A stretch of DNA of 64,000 nt from Bugula neritina (GCA_964035545.1 OZ037772.1:4716233-4780232); one strand, 5' to 3'. Positions 18,012 to 32,768 are shown, numbered from the stretch's first letter. Notes: generated by a model from the sequence alone, not told the origin. A program made the numbers and translations.

Positions 18012-18859
18012 GTTTATTGTATTGCGAATTGCTTCATCAATACATCATCATACTATATTTTACAACGTGTAAGTCTGTTACTCTACATACTCAGCATTTT
18101 CTGAACACTACACAAAATGTATAGTTGTAAAATTTATAGACTGAGATTAATTTTACACCGATTATATTAATTCATGCAATTATAGCTCTAATAATGCTCT
18201 CTAATAAGCATGAATATAAACAAAAACTCAGTAAAGGTTTTGAACACGAAACATTATAAACTAACTATATATTTTCTATTGCACTTTTGAAAAGTTATTT
18301 AAAGCAAAGTCCTCTACCAGACAATTCTTAGACACCGTTCATTGTTTTATCATGAGGAGTGAATTTGTAGAAGCAATGAGAAAACTTTAGTATAGTAATG
18401 GTTAGTTCAATTGTGTAGATATAGAAAGAGGATTCGAGTTTGATTAAAATGGTATCCAATTGACATCAGTATATTGTCAAAAATTTGAATTCCAGTACCA
18501 GCAACTTAGTATTATAGGAAAAGCAATTGAACATAATTGCTTCTGTGTAACAAGAAAAACATTTATAGCCTTTCATAAAATAAATCTGGCTATCAGGGAT
18601 CTCACAGGGATGGTGACTTTAAAAAGCACAATTATTTTTTTCTGCAATTGAAAACAAGTTTAATAATATTATAATAAAAGTTAATCTTTATAGTTAATGA
18701 CTTAAAATCTTATGAATAGATGATATCTTCCTTACTGCTACACAAAGACATTGAGTTGCAGTGAGACGCTATAATAGCTCTCCCAACTAAAACATGGTCA
18801 ACAAGAACCTCAGACTATTTAAGTAGATCATGTGACAATCTCACAGGGACATGAATACT

Positions 18860-20300
18860 GTGTGTAGTACATAGTGTAATATATGGAGTGTATTATAATA
18901 TGTAGTATATAGAGTGTAGTATATTATGTAGTATATAGAGTATAGTATATTATGTAATATATAGAGTGTAGTATATTATGTAGTATATAGAGTGTAGTAT
19001 ATTATATAGTATATAGAGTATAGTATATTATGTAATATATTGAGTATAGTATATTATGTAGTATATAGAGTGTATTATATTATGTAGTATATAGAGTGTA
19101 GTATATTATGTAGTATATAGAGTGTAGTATATTATGTAATATACTGAGTGTAATATAATATGTAGTATATAGAGTATAGTATATTATGTAGTATATAGAG
19201 TGTAGTATATTATATAGTATATAGAGTATAGTGTATTATGTAATGTATTGAGTATAGTATATTATGTAGTTTATAGAGTATAGTATATTATGTAGTATAT
19301 AGAGTGTGGTATATCATGTAGTATATAGAGTGTAGTATATTATGTAGTATATAGAGGGTAGTATATATTATGTAATATATAGAGTGTAGTATACTATGTA
19401 GTATATATAGAGTGTAGTATATTATGTAGTATATAGAGTATAGTATATTATGTAATATATAGAGTGCAGTATATTATGTAGTATATAGAGTGTAGTATAT
19501 TATATAGTATATAGAGTATAGTATATTATGTAATATATAGAGTGTATTATATTATGTAGTATATAGAGTAAAGTATATTATGTAGTATATAGAGTATAGT
19601 ATATTATGTAATATATAGAGTGTAGTATATTATGTGGTATATTGAGTGTAGTATATTATGTAGTATATAGAGTGTAGTATATTATGTAGTATATAGAGTG
19701 TAGTATACTATGTAGTATATAGAGTGTAGTAAATTATGTAGTATATAGAGTGTAGTATATTATGTTGTATATTGAGTGTAGTATATTATGTAGTATATAG
19801 AGTGTAGTATACTATGTAGTATATAGAGTGTGGTATATCATGTAGTATATAGAGTGTAGTATATTATGTGGTATATAGAGTGTAGTATACTATGTAGTAT
19901 ATATAGAGTGTAGTATACTATGTAGTATATATAGTGTGTAGTATATTATGTAGTATTTAGAGGGTAGTATATATTATGTAATATATAGAGTGTAGTATAC
20001 TATGTAGTATATATAGAGTGTAGTATATTATATAGTATATAGAGTATAGTATATTATGTAATATATTGAGTATAGCATATTATGTAGTATATAGAGTATA
20101 GTATATTATGTAATATATAGAGTGTATTATATTATGTAGTATATAGAGTAAAGTATATTATGTAGTATATAGAGTATAGTATATTATGTAATATATAGAG
20201 TGTAGTATATTATGTAGTATATAGAGTGTAGTATATTATGTAGTATATAGAGTGTAGTATATTATGTAGTATATTGAGTAAAGTATATTATGTAGTATAT
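18860..20300. repeat. 26-bp minisatellite, about 55 units
   Basis: Tandem gtagtatatagagtgtagtatattat with point variants. Confidence 0.95.
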
Positions 20301-21732
20301 TGAGAACTGTAGTATGTTATTATGTAGTATACTATATAATTATATAAGTAATTATGTAATATACTATATGAATATATGTTATTATGTTATTTACTATATG
20401 AATATATGTAGTATACTATATGAATATATGCATCATTATGTAATATACTGTATTAATATACGTTATTACGTCGTATGCTATATGCATATATGTTATTATG
20501 TAATGTACTGTATTACATCAAAGTGTAAACTTCCAATATAGTACAACAGCGAGCTGTGTGATCAGCATTAATGTAATTGCAGCAGTGGGTACATAAAATA
20601 GCATATATATGTGTGTGCAAGGGAAATTAAATAATATATAAGAACTATAGGCACATCAAGTAGGAAGAGTACACAGCCTAAAAGACTCAAATAAAAAGGT
20701 TCCGAATTCATGTTGAAGAGCAACTTTAAGTGAATGGACTCATCATTCAATATAGATGTAATTAGATGCATTAGGCAATAACAGTTAGTGTTCGAACCTA
20801 AAGCCAAGGTAGTTTGTCCGCTGACAGTTGAAAACTATGATCATTCTCTAAAGCAATTTAAAAACAATAACCAACAATGCAGCCATGCAAATTACTTGAC
20901 ATACAAAAAAAACTGAACAATCACTCAGTGATGCAAAACAAATACAAAGTAACATCTATGTGGGATTAACCAGTTTTCCCTAACTATATATTGTAACATA
21001 AAACAAAGGGGTCTGCTTGCAAGAAGCATAGACAAAGTTTAGTTTGAACTTTTTTTCCATAGTTAGTGTTGATAAAAAGTTTTATAGTGAATCCTCTTCA
21101 AAGAAAACTTAATATTTACACATTTTTATTTTTTGTGTCAAAAGATAATTGTTAAACCAACTTATAGCAAAACATTTAAATGAATAATGTAAAGCTTTGC
21201 TTCTATTGCTTGAGATTTGAACCACTGAGCTCTTGATTGGAAACCCACATATTATATAACATGCACTAGAGCTACTGACTAAACTCATGGCTATGAATGA
21301 TACAAAGGTCCAACTATTTTCAGTTTTACTTGGTCAAACTCTTAATTGTAGACAAATATTCATGAAAGCTGAAACAATGAGTTTGGTGTAATAGTTAAAT
21401 TAAAAAAACAGTTATCGACATTGAAGTTAAATAAATAAATAATTTCTACCCAGACAATGCTGAAAGATTTTTATTCAGCAACAGCTAGTAATTTCCGTTG
21501 ACAACTGTAAATTGGTATGACTTGGACTTCTTCATAGAGCTATAAGTGCTTTGGTTTAAGTCTTTTTGAAAAATTTTAAAATCATGACAATGATACTGTT
21601 TTTTATTTATTAACAAATCTTTTCAGATTTAGATTTGAGTTAGATGCAAGAAAGATATTATACATTTCATTAAAATATACATTTTGACAACTACAATATA
21701 ACATTACTGCTTCTGTCAACTTAATTACATAT

Positions 21733-22402
21733 AATAAAGATGACTGCAATTGAATAAATCTGCAGGATGGTAAAAGATAATTGCCACCAGATACTGCGAT
21801 CTGAATGCAAGGCCTCAGGTTTGTAAGCAGCTGTGCTGATCATCACATTATAGAGCCACTATGCTCATCATTATTGCAAACTTCATGAAACCTAATATAA
21901 AAATCTTTTCAAATAATTCTTACCTCTTGTCAAGTAACAGATTTATTAGTCTAGTAGTGTTACTTTCGTCATTTAATCAGCAGAAGAAATTATTTTCAAA
22001 GGAGCTGTAAATGCGCATTGTAAAGTTCTTTAATCTGGTTTACCTATTGGAAAGCTACCATGCAGTCTACCATGCAGGTGATCAATATAAGGCATCTGTC
22101 ACTTATTTTTCCTAAGCTGGCTTTGAGTATATTAGTGTTATGATGTTGACTCATTTGTCAGCATTTCTTTTACTTCACCTGATGATTACTAAGGTGACCT
22201 GCATGAAAGAAAAATTACCATTTCAATGTTATATGCACCCAGCTATAATTTATGTGAATGAAGCTTGAGTACACATGAACTTGTTGCCACAAACGCACAC
22301 ACACACGCACACACAAAAACACACACACGCACACGCAAACACACACGCACACGCAAACACACACGCACACACACATGCACACCCAAACACACACCCACAC
22401 AG

Positions 22403-22460
<58 letters not shown>

Positions 22461-22640
22461 GCACACACACACACGCACACGCACACACACACACACACAC
22501 ACACGCACACACGCACACACACGCACACACACGCACACACGCACACACGCACACACGAACACACGAACACACGCAGAGACGCACACACGCACATATGTAT
22601 ATAGTATATGTATATATATGTATGTATATGTATATATATG
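21733..22640 (+). repeat. Duplicated block Y copy 2, ending in an (AC)n-rich microsatellite
   Basis: Homologous to 13484-14165; AC/GCAC array at about 22295-22590. Confidence 0.85.
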
Positions 22641-22789
22641 TATATTCTCCCAAAACAAAGCAAGGTATACATGTCTTAACTGCATGTGATCCTAACTGCG
22701 TTCAACTTCTCTTCTATTTTACTCAATGCTTCAACTAATCTGCAGTACTGCTTGCTTATATAATATTATAGGTGCAGCTTAAACTAAAC

Positions 22790-25700
22790 TTCTGATGATA
22801 ATAATTAAAACGCCACCTTACTCCAACACTATAATCACTCTTCCATCGGATTAGGTTAAGAATTAAAAGTCGTTGACCTGTTTATTGTCAATTAAAAACT
22901 AAGTTTTCATAATTAAAGAACTTGATTAGTTCACCTTTTCAGATGTCACACCACATTTTCTACTTTCTCAATAAAATTACCATATTATTAAATAATAGAA
23001 TATGCAATGTATGAATTAAAATAATAACCTAGATAAACATTTTTTAGATTTAATAATAAACAGAAATTTTTTTTTCGAAAATAAAGTCCGCAAAGCTAAT
23101 TAATGAGTGGTTAAAAAGCCTACCCATAGCTTTCTTATTGAATTGTTTCAAAATTACGTGGCTAAAAGTTATTGAGTTATACATATACAATAATATATAT
23201 CAAGTATGGTCAAAACCGTCTAGCAAACAGTCAAATAGCAATACCGCTATTTGGACAGCAATAACATTTATCTCAATTATTACATCCTTACTCTAATAGA
23301 GCAGCTTTGTTCTTGGTCTTGTAGAAAAGAAAGTCATAGGCTCAATCCCCAGTGACGGCCATTCCTGATGTTGGAAAAAGCATCGAGTCATAAATAACCC
23401 CGTGTGCCACATATAATGAACAATAAGTCCTTCACTGAAATGTACTTCGCACAGAGATTGTAGTGACTCTAAGCCTGTGTAAGCATATAACAGATATACT
23501 GAGTGTATTACTTCTTCACTCTAATGAAACACAACATATAACAAAGAACGGAAAGCTAAAAACAATCTTTGATACTTTTAATTCTTTTTTCGTTATTGTT
23601 ATGTTTTTTTGCTTTTATATTTGTTTTTCAAAACAAATTAGCTAATGATTTATTTAAAAACATAGAAATTGGGCTATTTTTGTTTTATATAAAATAGATT
23701 AGGCTGACTATTACATTATAACGCTGAAAGAAGTTGACACATCAAAGGAATCATTGTAAACCCTCCATATATATAATAATCAATGCATATATGTAACAAC
23801 ATGTATTGCCTATACTAAACTATTAGTTGTTTTAACAAGTAATAAATGGGTACACATTACTATAAGGCTTCTTTTACGTTTTGATCATGGGTGCATAATT
23901 TATTGAAATTATAATTGGGCCTGTACAGAGTCATCTTGTTAATCATCAATTGAAGTACATTAGATCCTGTTAAATGTTTTACCAATATCACACTAATCTA
24001 CTCACAGCCTACTTAAGAACTATGAATGACAGACAAGATATATTAATCACCTGCCTTTTAGACTGTATGGTAGCAGATGCTTGACTTGTAAAAGTGCAGT
24101 TCTTTTTCATAAGTTGATCTGTGTTTATTTTGCTGGAGAAATAATGTCCACTTATATTCACAACTCTATTTACTCTCGACTGGCTTAGCGAGCTGTATTC
24201 TACTTGTCTATAAACTTCTGACTAACAAACTTCTCGAACTTGTCACACTGCTGCCATAGTTTTGTGACATTACTTTAAATTCCATAAGCAGAACTAAAAA
24301 TTTGACATTTATAATTTGAAAATTTTGCTAAAAATAGACTTTTCATTTTTCTTTTAGCAAAAAAATGACAATATCTAAAAATGATATCCTTTTTCACAAA
24401 AAATGTTTCACTAAAATTTTCAATAACACGAATTACTATAAGCAGTGAGCAATTTTCAAACTAAAATTTCTCTGAGCTTCTGGCAGACATATTGTTTTTG
24501 TTTTTGTCACAAATACATTTAAAGACTACTCAAAATTGCTACATAATTTTTGTTTGGGTTATGCATCAGCCAGTGATTGTCTAGCTTTGTTTTTGTGTGA
24601 CAAGCCCATTAAATGGCTGCACTGTTACACACCAGATCAACAGCACAAAATGGAGCTATCATTGTTATACTTAGTTTTATGCAAAGATGCTCAAAACACT
24701 AAGTAATAAATCAAATAAGTCACTTAGTCGCAGCGATTTCAAGAGATAAGTAAATAATAGCTTAGATTACGTTTCTAAGTGCTAAGAATGTTATAAGCAG
24801 GGATACAAAACAGACAGTGGTAAGATTTAGTAAAACCTCATACAGGTTATTGACTTTTAGAAAATTGCAGGTTGTCGCTGACTAATTTATATATTTTTGT
24901 GTAAACTAGACATTGTTATGTTGCTGCCTTATGCACACACATCCTTTCTAGCTATTTACCATCTGAGCTAAAACCTTTTGACATGAGGAAATTACGACCT
25001 CAGTAATGTATTTATCTGTTTATTCATATCAACATTAACTTATTTCAGATATAAAATACATCAGAGTATAATTATAATTGAGTGCAGAAAACTAAGTTCT
25101 TTGTTATGTAGATGTTTTTATCAGCGAAAACCTATTTTAGAAATTGTACTACTTTTCATAATATACAACTGCGACAGTAGCAATTGCTATGACCACAAGT
25201 TTTCTAGTTTATGACCTAATTTAAAAACTACAAAATTCAAGCCATCCCAGTGATTATGCTGTGCAGTGTGTAGCAGCTAAAAACAGCAGGCAATAAAAGT
25301 GACCTATAATTTGTAAAAGTTTTATATTATTGGTAAAGTGAAAGCTGAAAAACGTCACCCCCTCCCCCCACCCAAGCGGTCAGAACCCTAGTTAACCAAA
25401 GTAGAATATTTGCCCGCTCCATCTTAGCTCTCTAAAATGGTTTTTTACTAAAAAATCTTTAGCATTTACCCAATGTCATTCTTATGTCAATAAGTGTGGA
25501 TCAACCACTATATATAATAGCTCAGTTGTAGATTTATCTAAGCATGTCTATTGCATTACGCAATGCTTCATTAATACAGCTGCACACTATATTTTATAAT
25601 GAGTAAGTATGCTAATCTACATACTAATCAATTTCTAAACATTACACAACATTCATAAACTGAAACTAATTTTACATCAACTATTGATGTACAGAATTAC

Positions 25701-26600
25701 AGCCCCAAAAATGCTATCTAATAAGCATGCATATAAACAAAAACCTAGTGAAAGCTTTGGATTCGAAGCATCAAATAAGTATTGTTTTTCAATTGTACTT
25801 TTGGAAAGATCTTTAAAGCAAAATCCTCCAACTGCAGACAATTTTTATAACAGACAAAATAGGACATCTTCTATTGTTTAATCCTAAGAAGTGAATTTGT
25901 TGAAGTTATGAGAAAACTTGCAATAAAATAATGAATAGTTTAACTGTGTAGATATAGGAAAAGGCTTTAAGTTTGATTAAAGTGATATCCAATTGACATC
26001 GGCATATTGTCAAAAACCCCAACCCCAATACCGGCAGCTTGGTATATTAGGAAGAGCAATTATAGACTTAATTACTTCTGTGTCACAATAAAAAATGTTC
26101 ATAGCCTTTCATAAAATGAATCTGGCTATATCGGAGATCTCACAAGGATGGCGACTTTAAAAAGACACAATTGTTTTTTTCAACAAAAATAAGTTTAATA
26201 ATATAATAAAAGATAATCTTGATAGTTAGGGTTTTAAATCTTCTAAAGACCTTTCTCACTGCTACACAAAAACATTGTGTTGCAGTGGGACAACACTGCC
26301 AAACTAAAGCATGGCCAACCACAACCTCAAGCTATCATGTGACAATCTTACAGGGCCATAAATACCCTGTATAGTACATCATGTAATATATGGAGTATAT
26401 AGTATATTATGCATAGTATTTGGAGTGTAGTATATTATGTAATATATATAGAGTGTAGTATATATTACGAAATATAGGGAGTGTAGTATATTATGTAGTA
26501 TATGAAGTGTAGTATGTAATGTAGTATATAGAGTGTAGTATAATATAATGTATAGTGTATGAAGTGTAGTATATTATGTAGTATGAAGAGTGTAGCATAT
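22790..26600 (+). repeat. Local segmental duplication, block X copy 2 (lacks about 940 bp present in copy 1)
   Basis: Junction gactgtatggtag|cagatgcttgac at about 24073 joins copy-1 positions about 7644 and 8585; ends in a short 26-bp minisatellite (26370-26600). Confidence 0.9.
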
Positions 26601-27176
26601 TATTATGTATATTGATAATTGTAGTATGTTATTATATGTAGTATACTGTATCAATATATATGTCATTATGTAGTATACTGTATAAATATATATGTTATCA
26701 TGTAATATGAATATGAATATGAATATGAGTATATGTTATTATGTAGTATACTATAATATGAATATATGTTATTATGTAACATGTGATAAATGTTGTATGA
26801 TTATTGTGCTATATATGACTAGACTGGAAATGATGTAAATATAACGTAGTACTCAATGAAACTACTTCTTTATTTATCATACAAAACTCTTGCTTTTTAA
26901 CAAAAGTGATAATCATTAAATAAAATATGTGTGTTAAAAAAATTGACACTGAAAAACACATCAAGAAACTTTAACAAAAAGTTCTATCATAATAATATAA
27001 ATTGTATGTTTCTATTCCAGAAGTCAACACGCAATTGAAACAAATCCAACATTTATAATATATTATAACAGAAAAAGAGTTGAACAAACAAGGGAGGATT
27101 GAGAAGAAGCACTGACACTGTCAGCTTTGTCAAACATGTTAAACAGAGAGAGAGTATCGAGAGGTAAGTTCGAGGT

Positions 27177-29935
27177 TTACTTCCCGACAGCTATGCATAC
27201 CGGCAGAGGGCTAACTGGCCAGTTGCCCATTGTGCAGGTTATCATGGAGGGGGTTCCAGCTTGTAGAGCAAAACCTGCCATACAGCTGTAACTGGCCACA
27301 GGATAAGAGATAACAGCGGGGTTGGAGTTTGTTACTGCAGGAGGCGCTGGGCAGATAAATGCTGTAAAATATGAAAATTACTACTGAGGAGACAACTTCA
27401 AATTTATATAGAGAACTCAGGTAGACGTCAACGTAGAGCAGATAATCACATAATAAGGTACACAGAGAAAATCGCCCATTGTTTTTAAAAAGGAAAATTC
27501 TACAAATTTTGTGAAACAGAAAATTACAAACAAGTACTGAGAAAAAATTTCAAACTTTTTTGTAGAAGACAGTTACATACTACTGTGGAAAAGGTAGATA
27601 CATGTTTTTGTAGAGGAGGCAATTCTATATTATCATTAAAATGCCAATCACAAATCAGCGAAGAGAAGACAATTACAAAAATGTATATAACATACAGCAT
27701 AATGTAATTGTAGAGAAAGTGTAACACTGAATAAGTGATGAGAAGATAATACTCAATAAGGATATAATTACTTTAAGAAGATAACCTTCAGAACTAGGAA
27801 TACAATAGTATTATAATTTAGTAGACTGTGGTTAACTTTACGGTACTAGTATTGCAATTTATTGAGGCCACAGCTTATGATAATTTGCAGAACTAGAAAG
27901 ATATTTATACATATAAAATGGCTTGAATAGTTGAATATAGTTGTATTTTTGGAGACTGAACCATGATGCTTCAAAAAGTTATTTGCAAAATAAAAAAGGT
28001 ATTGGGGACAATGCAGTCATATAATCAAAGTGAATTGATGAATAGGATTGATTGTCTCTATTTAGATTTGATTGAACCAAAATTCTATAATGAGCTATAA
28101 ATACAACAAACTACGTTAGATTAAAAATTTCATCTTTTTCATATTTTTGTGATTGAAAATAGCAGTCAAAAGATGCAGCCTCAAGAAGCTTCAACAAATC
28201 AATATAAAGCTAACGTTTTGCTGTAAGCTTTATATAGGTCGAATAGAATAGAATTTCACTTACGGTTACAGGCGACTACAGGCCAAGTGCCGGCTGTACA
28301 CTGGACAGTTGAGGACATCTGGATGGACACACCAATTCGGTAGTTTGCGTTGCAGGTGTAGGTGGCTGAAAGACCGTTGTTACTAGTTACCGGTACCCCA
28401 GCATTATTGATGTTTGGTGGGACCGGGCAAGTACCTTCAAATCAAAGACAACACATATGTAGTCAGGGAAACAACTCCTCTTAAATGATTTTATATGTAT
28501 TGTTGATAAGGCTACAATTTCAAACAAAAAAACCTCTAAGAAGTTATATAACTCACGGACACACTGGGGCGTAGAGGCTAAGAGTATAGACTAAGAAGTT
28601 ATATAACTCACGGACACACTGGGGTGTAGAGCTCCAGGACCTGAGGAGAGTGTTACACTGAATAACAATCTGAGTAGTAGCCGTGTTTGTTGATATCACG
28701 AATCCGGGCTGACAGGTGTAGGTAGCTGAAAGGCCGTCTGCGGAGACAGTTGGTGGTTGGAGGTCATTCAGAGCATTTGGTGGAGTGCCACAAGGAGAGG
28801 TGGATCCAGGTGCGCTTGTAGTTCCTAAATAATATAGATAATCATCAAGGTTTTATTGAAAAAAAGTATGTCAGTATATGTGAGCTTGGCAAGTTGTGAG
28901 ACCTGTTTATTTCATTATTGTTATTTAATTTTATAGAAAATATATTTCAATAAAATATATTCATATTTATGAATGTGTATAATCATATAGTGCTACTAAC
29001 ATATCTCAATATAACCATGTAATTTTTTTCTTAGATTCACTTATCAGTATTTTAATATTACATATATTATACCATATCAAATAACCAACACCTATATAAA
29101 CTTATTTCAGTGCATGCATCAACTTCTCATCATTTACATAAATATCATAATAATATATCAATCAATATATGAATTAATATACACTTAGTGAATATATAGC
29201 GTAATGGTGTGATTTTTACTCCATTGCAACGACCTCTAAATAACAAAAAAGGCCCATTTACCTGCCACACAAATTGGAGGTCTTGCCAGACTGCCATTTC
29301 TTCTGCATCTTCTAGTAGGTCGACCCTGCAAGACGAAGCCAGATGCACAACGGAACCTAAGTACACCTCTTCTGAAGCCTCTCACAACGCCATTTGGGAA
29401 AGAGATTCTGTTACATCTTCTTCCTACAAAACGCTGCCACAGTCAACTTGGAAATGCTTACGGTGCTGTCAACCTAGAAACTATACATTCTTACAAAACT
29501 TGAAAAAGCTCATTGGTGTTAAACTCAAAAGTGATGGCTGCTATTAAACTTTAAAGTATTGACTGCTATTTTATGTAAAAGTGATCGTTACTGCTTAGCT
29601 TAAAAGTAATAACTATTTAACCTAATACTATTTATTTTTCTACTAAAAAGATGCTAAAGATCTTAGAAGATGACATGTGCTAGTTGATGCAGTTTTGCAT
29701 GCCGAGTCTAGACTTAGGACCAAACACTGACTACTAAAGAAGATTGAGTGGTTAGTCAGAAGCCCAACATAATCTAAACTATAATAACATTAAATGAGTA
29801 TACTAAGTTATTGAATTAGTTTTCTGTCATTCACTTACGAGGTCTCCCGTTCCTCCTTCGCTGTGCATCTGATAGGTCGAGAATCACAGCGATGCACAGA
29901 GCCAGCACCAACAGTGTGAAAATAGAGGGCTTCAT
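27177..29935 (-). CDS. Secreted Sushi/CCP/SCR-repeat protein (signal peptide + 4 CCP modules, about 275 aa)
   Basis: Exons 29935-29839, 29423-29262, 28824-28612, 28434-28264, 27361-27177; all phase-1 GT-AG introns, one domain per exon, open frame of 828 nt. Signal peptide MKPSIFTLLVLALCIAVILDLSDA. Modules with 4 Cys, e.g. CGTPPN..ATYTCQPGF..IQC..WSSTPQC, CPVPPNINN..ATYTCNANY..VQCTAGTW..C, CPAPP..ASYSCMAGF..ITCTMGNW..PVC. No TM segment. Confidence 0.9.
28536..28631 (-). repeat. 41-bp direct duplication of the exon-3 end and its splice donor
   Basis: ctaagaagttatataactcacggacacactgggg(c/t)gtagag at 28536-28576 and 28591-28631. Confidence 0.9.
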
Positions 29936-30273
29936 CTGAAGATACATATGCAACAATATAATTATATAGAAAATAATAATATGTATCAGTTTAACTAAGA
30001 AATCATATTAAATCGTTATACACATAATCATTGGGCAAATTCACATGCGTATTCAGCATTGCTTAGATATCATTTTACTATTGAGCTTATAATGTTAGAA
30101 ACCTTATAATATATTTTAAGAAATGATTTTATAAATTTTCAGATAAGATATTTTACATACATGTATGATCTCTAAAATTTTGATATTATAATTTGCAGAT
30201 CGAGTTGGGAAAATGTTATAATGCTTTCAATAAGAATGTTTATAAGATAAAAAAAGTGAAATATTTTTCCTAC

Positions 30274-30351
30274 CTTTTCTGTTGAACAAACTTTATTCTT
30301 CTCTTTTTCGAATGAATGTGAAGTTTCATGTTCCAACAGCCCTCTTTTATA
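30274..30351 (-). promoter_or_regulatory. Putative TATA box and non-coding first exon of the Sushi gene
   Basis: TATAAAAG on the minus strand at 30351-30344, Inr-like TCACATT about 30 nt downstream, donor AAAAG|GTAGG at 30274/30273. The coding exon starts directly after an acceptor (ttcAG|ATG), which implies an upstream exon. Confidence 0.55.
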
Positions 30352-30927
30352 CTCCTCATTCCGTTACAGATGAAAGCATTTTCTTAAAATATTTTTTAAT
30401 CTTTTGCTAAGTACCATAAATTATAATAATCTGGATTAATGTTGCGGAAAGCATGCCGAGTTTGAGTCAAGTTGAGGAAACGGCGTCATGGCCTATCAGC
30501 AGCATTTCAAAGTTCTAATGAGCTGTTTCCTTCGTCAACCGACTGTTTCCTGTTAAATGGTCAGTTCAACCCATTTTGTGACAACAGCTGAACTTAAAGT
30601 GTTAACTGAAGAAAGAGAACCCCACTAATGATTCTCAGTATATAATGAAATAGCACATTAGAATATGGTTACATATCAAATGAAATAGTGTATATTACAC
30701 TAAAATAGAATACTTAATATAATACTTAACAGTAGCTTACTTATAGGCACTTTAGTTTCATTATATAAATTGATCGTCACATTACTTACTTCTATATCAT
30801 ATTGAACCAGCATAATATACCTATACATACCATTTTCTCACCTTAATCCGCAATGCCTTGAATCACATGTGCTAAAATTCTATCCCTTCAAATCACCAGC
30901 TGTAATTCCATTCAAGCACTATTGCTT

Positions 30928-31055
30928 ACACACACACGCACGCACGCACGCACGCACGCACACACGCACGCACGCACGCACGCACGCACGCACCTACACA
31001 CACACACACACAACTACACACACACACACACACACACCACACACACACACACACA
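30928..31055. repeat. (AC)n/(GCAC)n microsatellite
   Basis: Visible runs. Confidence 0.9.
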
Positions 31056-31797
31056 TATATGGGTGTTTTTTTTTGCTGAAACTCACCTGTACTTACAACC
31101 TTTGTTTGCTATAACTTGCATAAAGACTATAACTTTAGCATGCAGCTAATTGCTAACCAAGAGTGTCAAATAATAAAAACTTTATTCATCAATGTATAGC
31201 ACATGCTCCCAATAAACTATCTCATCATTACTTGTTGTTATAAGCTTACTAAACGATCTCATAGGTCTATACTTTGCTCCCATCACACTTTTACATAATC
31301 ATCTGTATTGTTTGGTCTTTTATACTGCTATATGAGATGCAATAATATATTATTGACCATCTGAAACTTCATATAGGTGATCTTCAGCTTATGGCATATC
31401 ATCTTACATGAAGTTTCCTAAATATCTGAACTGATTATGTAATTAGCAAACAAATCTTATATGCAAATATAAGATTAATAGCTCTGTGCAAATTAATTTT
31501 TCAATCAAACTTATCAGGCTTTTTTTACATATTCGAAATATTTAATTATCTTTGACATAACTTTTACAAATTACAAATATTTGGCTGCTGTCAGCTAATA
31601 TGACATCAAATTAGAGATTAGTTTCATTATACACTTGAATTTCAAGAGTTGTCTGTAGCAAGCTCGTTACTATTGGATATTTGAATAACTACTGAGTTGA
31701 TTGACATTTAGTTTGTAGGGTAACTTTCTGCGCTGGAAATCAGAAGACACGCTTTTACCTTGCAAACCAGTGTGCTAAGCATTGCACTATGTGGGTA

Positions 31798-32768
31798 CGT
31801 ACCCTCATACATACCCTCACACATACCCTCATAGATACCCTCATACACACCCTCATACATACTCTAATACATACCCTCATACATACCCTCATACATACCC
31901 TCATACATACCCTCATACATACCCTCATACATACCCTCATACATACCCTAATACATACCCTCATACATACCCTCAACATACCCTCATAAATACCCTCATA
32001 AATACCCTCATACATACCCTCATATAACATACCCTCATATATACCCTCATATAACATACCCTCATATATACCCTCAACATACCCTCATATAACATACCCT
32101 CATATATACCCTCATATAACATACCCTCATACATACCCTCAACATACCCTCATACATACCCTCAACATACCCTCATATATACCCTCATATAACATACCCT
32201 CATAGATACCCTCATACATACCCTCATACATACCCTAATACATACCCTCATACATACCCTCAACATACCCTCATATATACCCTCATAAATACCCTCATAC
32301 ATACCCTCATACATACTCTAATACATACCCTCATACATACCCTCATACATACCCTCATACATACCCTCATACATACCCTCATACATACCCTAATATATAC
32401 CCTCATACATACCCTCATACATACCCTCAACATACCCTCATATATACCCTCATATAACATACCCTCATAGATACCCTCATACATACCCTCATACATACCC
32501 TAATACATACCCTCATACATACCCTCAACATACCCTCATATATACCCTCATAAATACCCTCATACATACCCTCATACATACTCTAATACATACCCTCATA
32601 CATACCCTCATACATACCCTCATACATACCCTCATACATACCCTCATACATACCCTAATATATACCCTCATACATACCCTCATACATACCCTCAACATAC
32701 CCTCATATATACCCTCATATAACATACCCTCATAGATACCCTCATACATACACTCATACATACACTCA
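31798..32768. repeat. 12-bp minisatellite (ataccctcatac)n, about 80 units, with a 265-bp higher-order duplication
   Basis: Tandem 12-mers; the variant pattern of about 32256-32520 repeats at about 32521-32760. Confidence 0.95.

Larger units (their letters stand above)
17706..20300 (+). repeat. Partial third copy of block X (3' part), more diverged, with a SINE insertion and an expanded minisatellite
   Basis: aatgtcattcttatgtcaataagtgtg at 17710 matches 9990 and 25472; homology continues to tcatgtgacaatct at about 18829. Confidence 0.8.
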
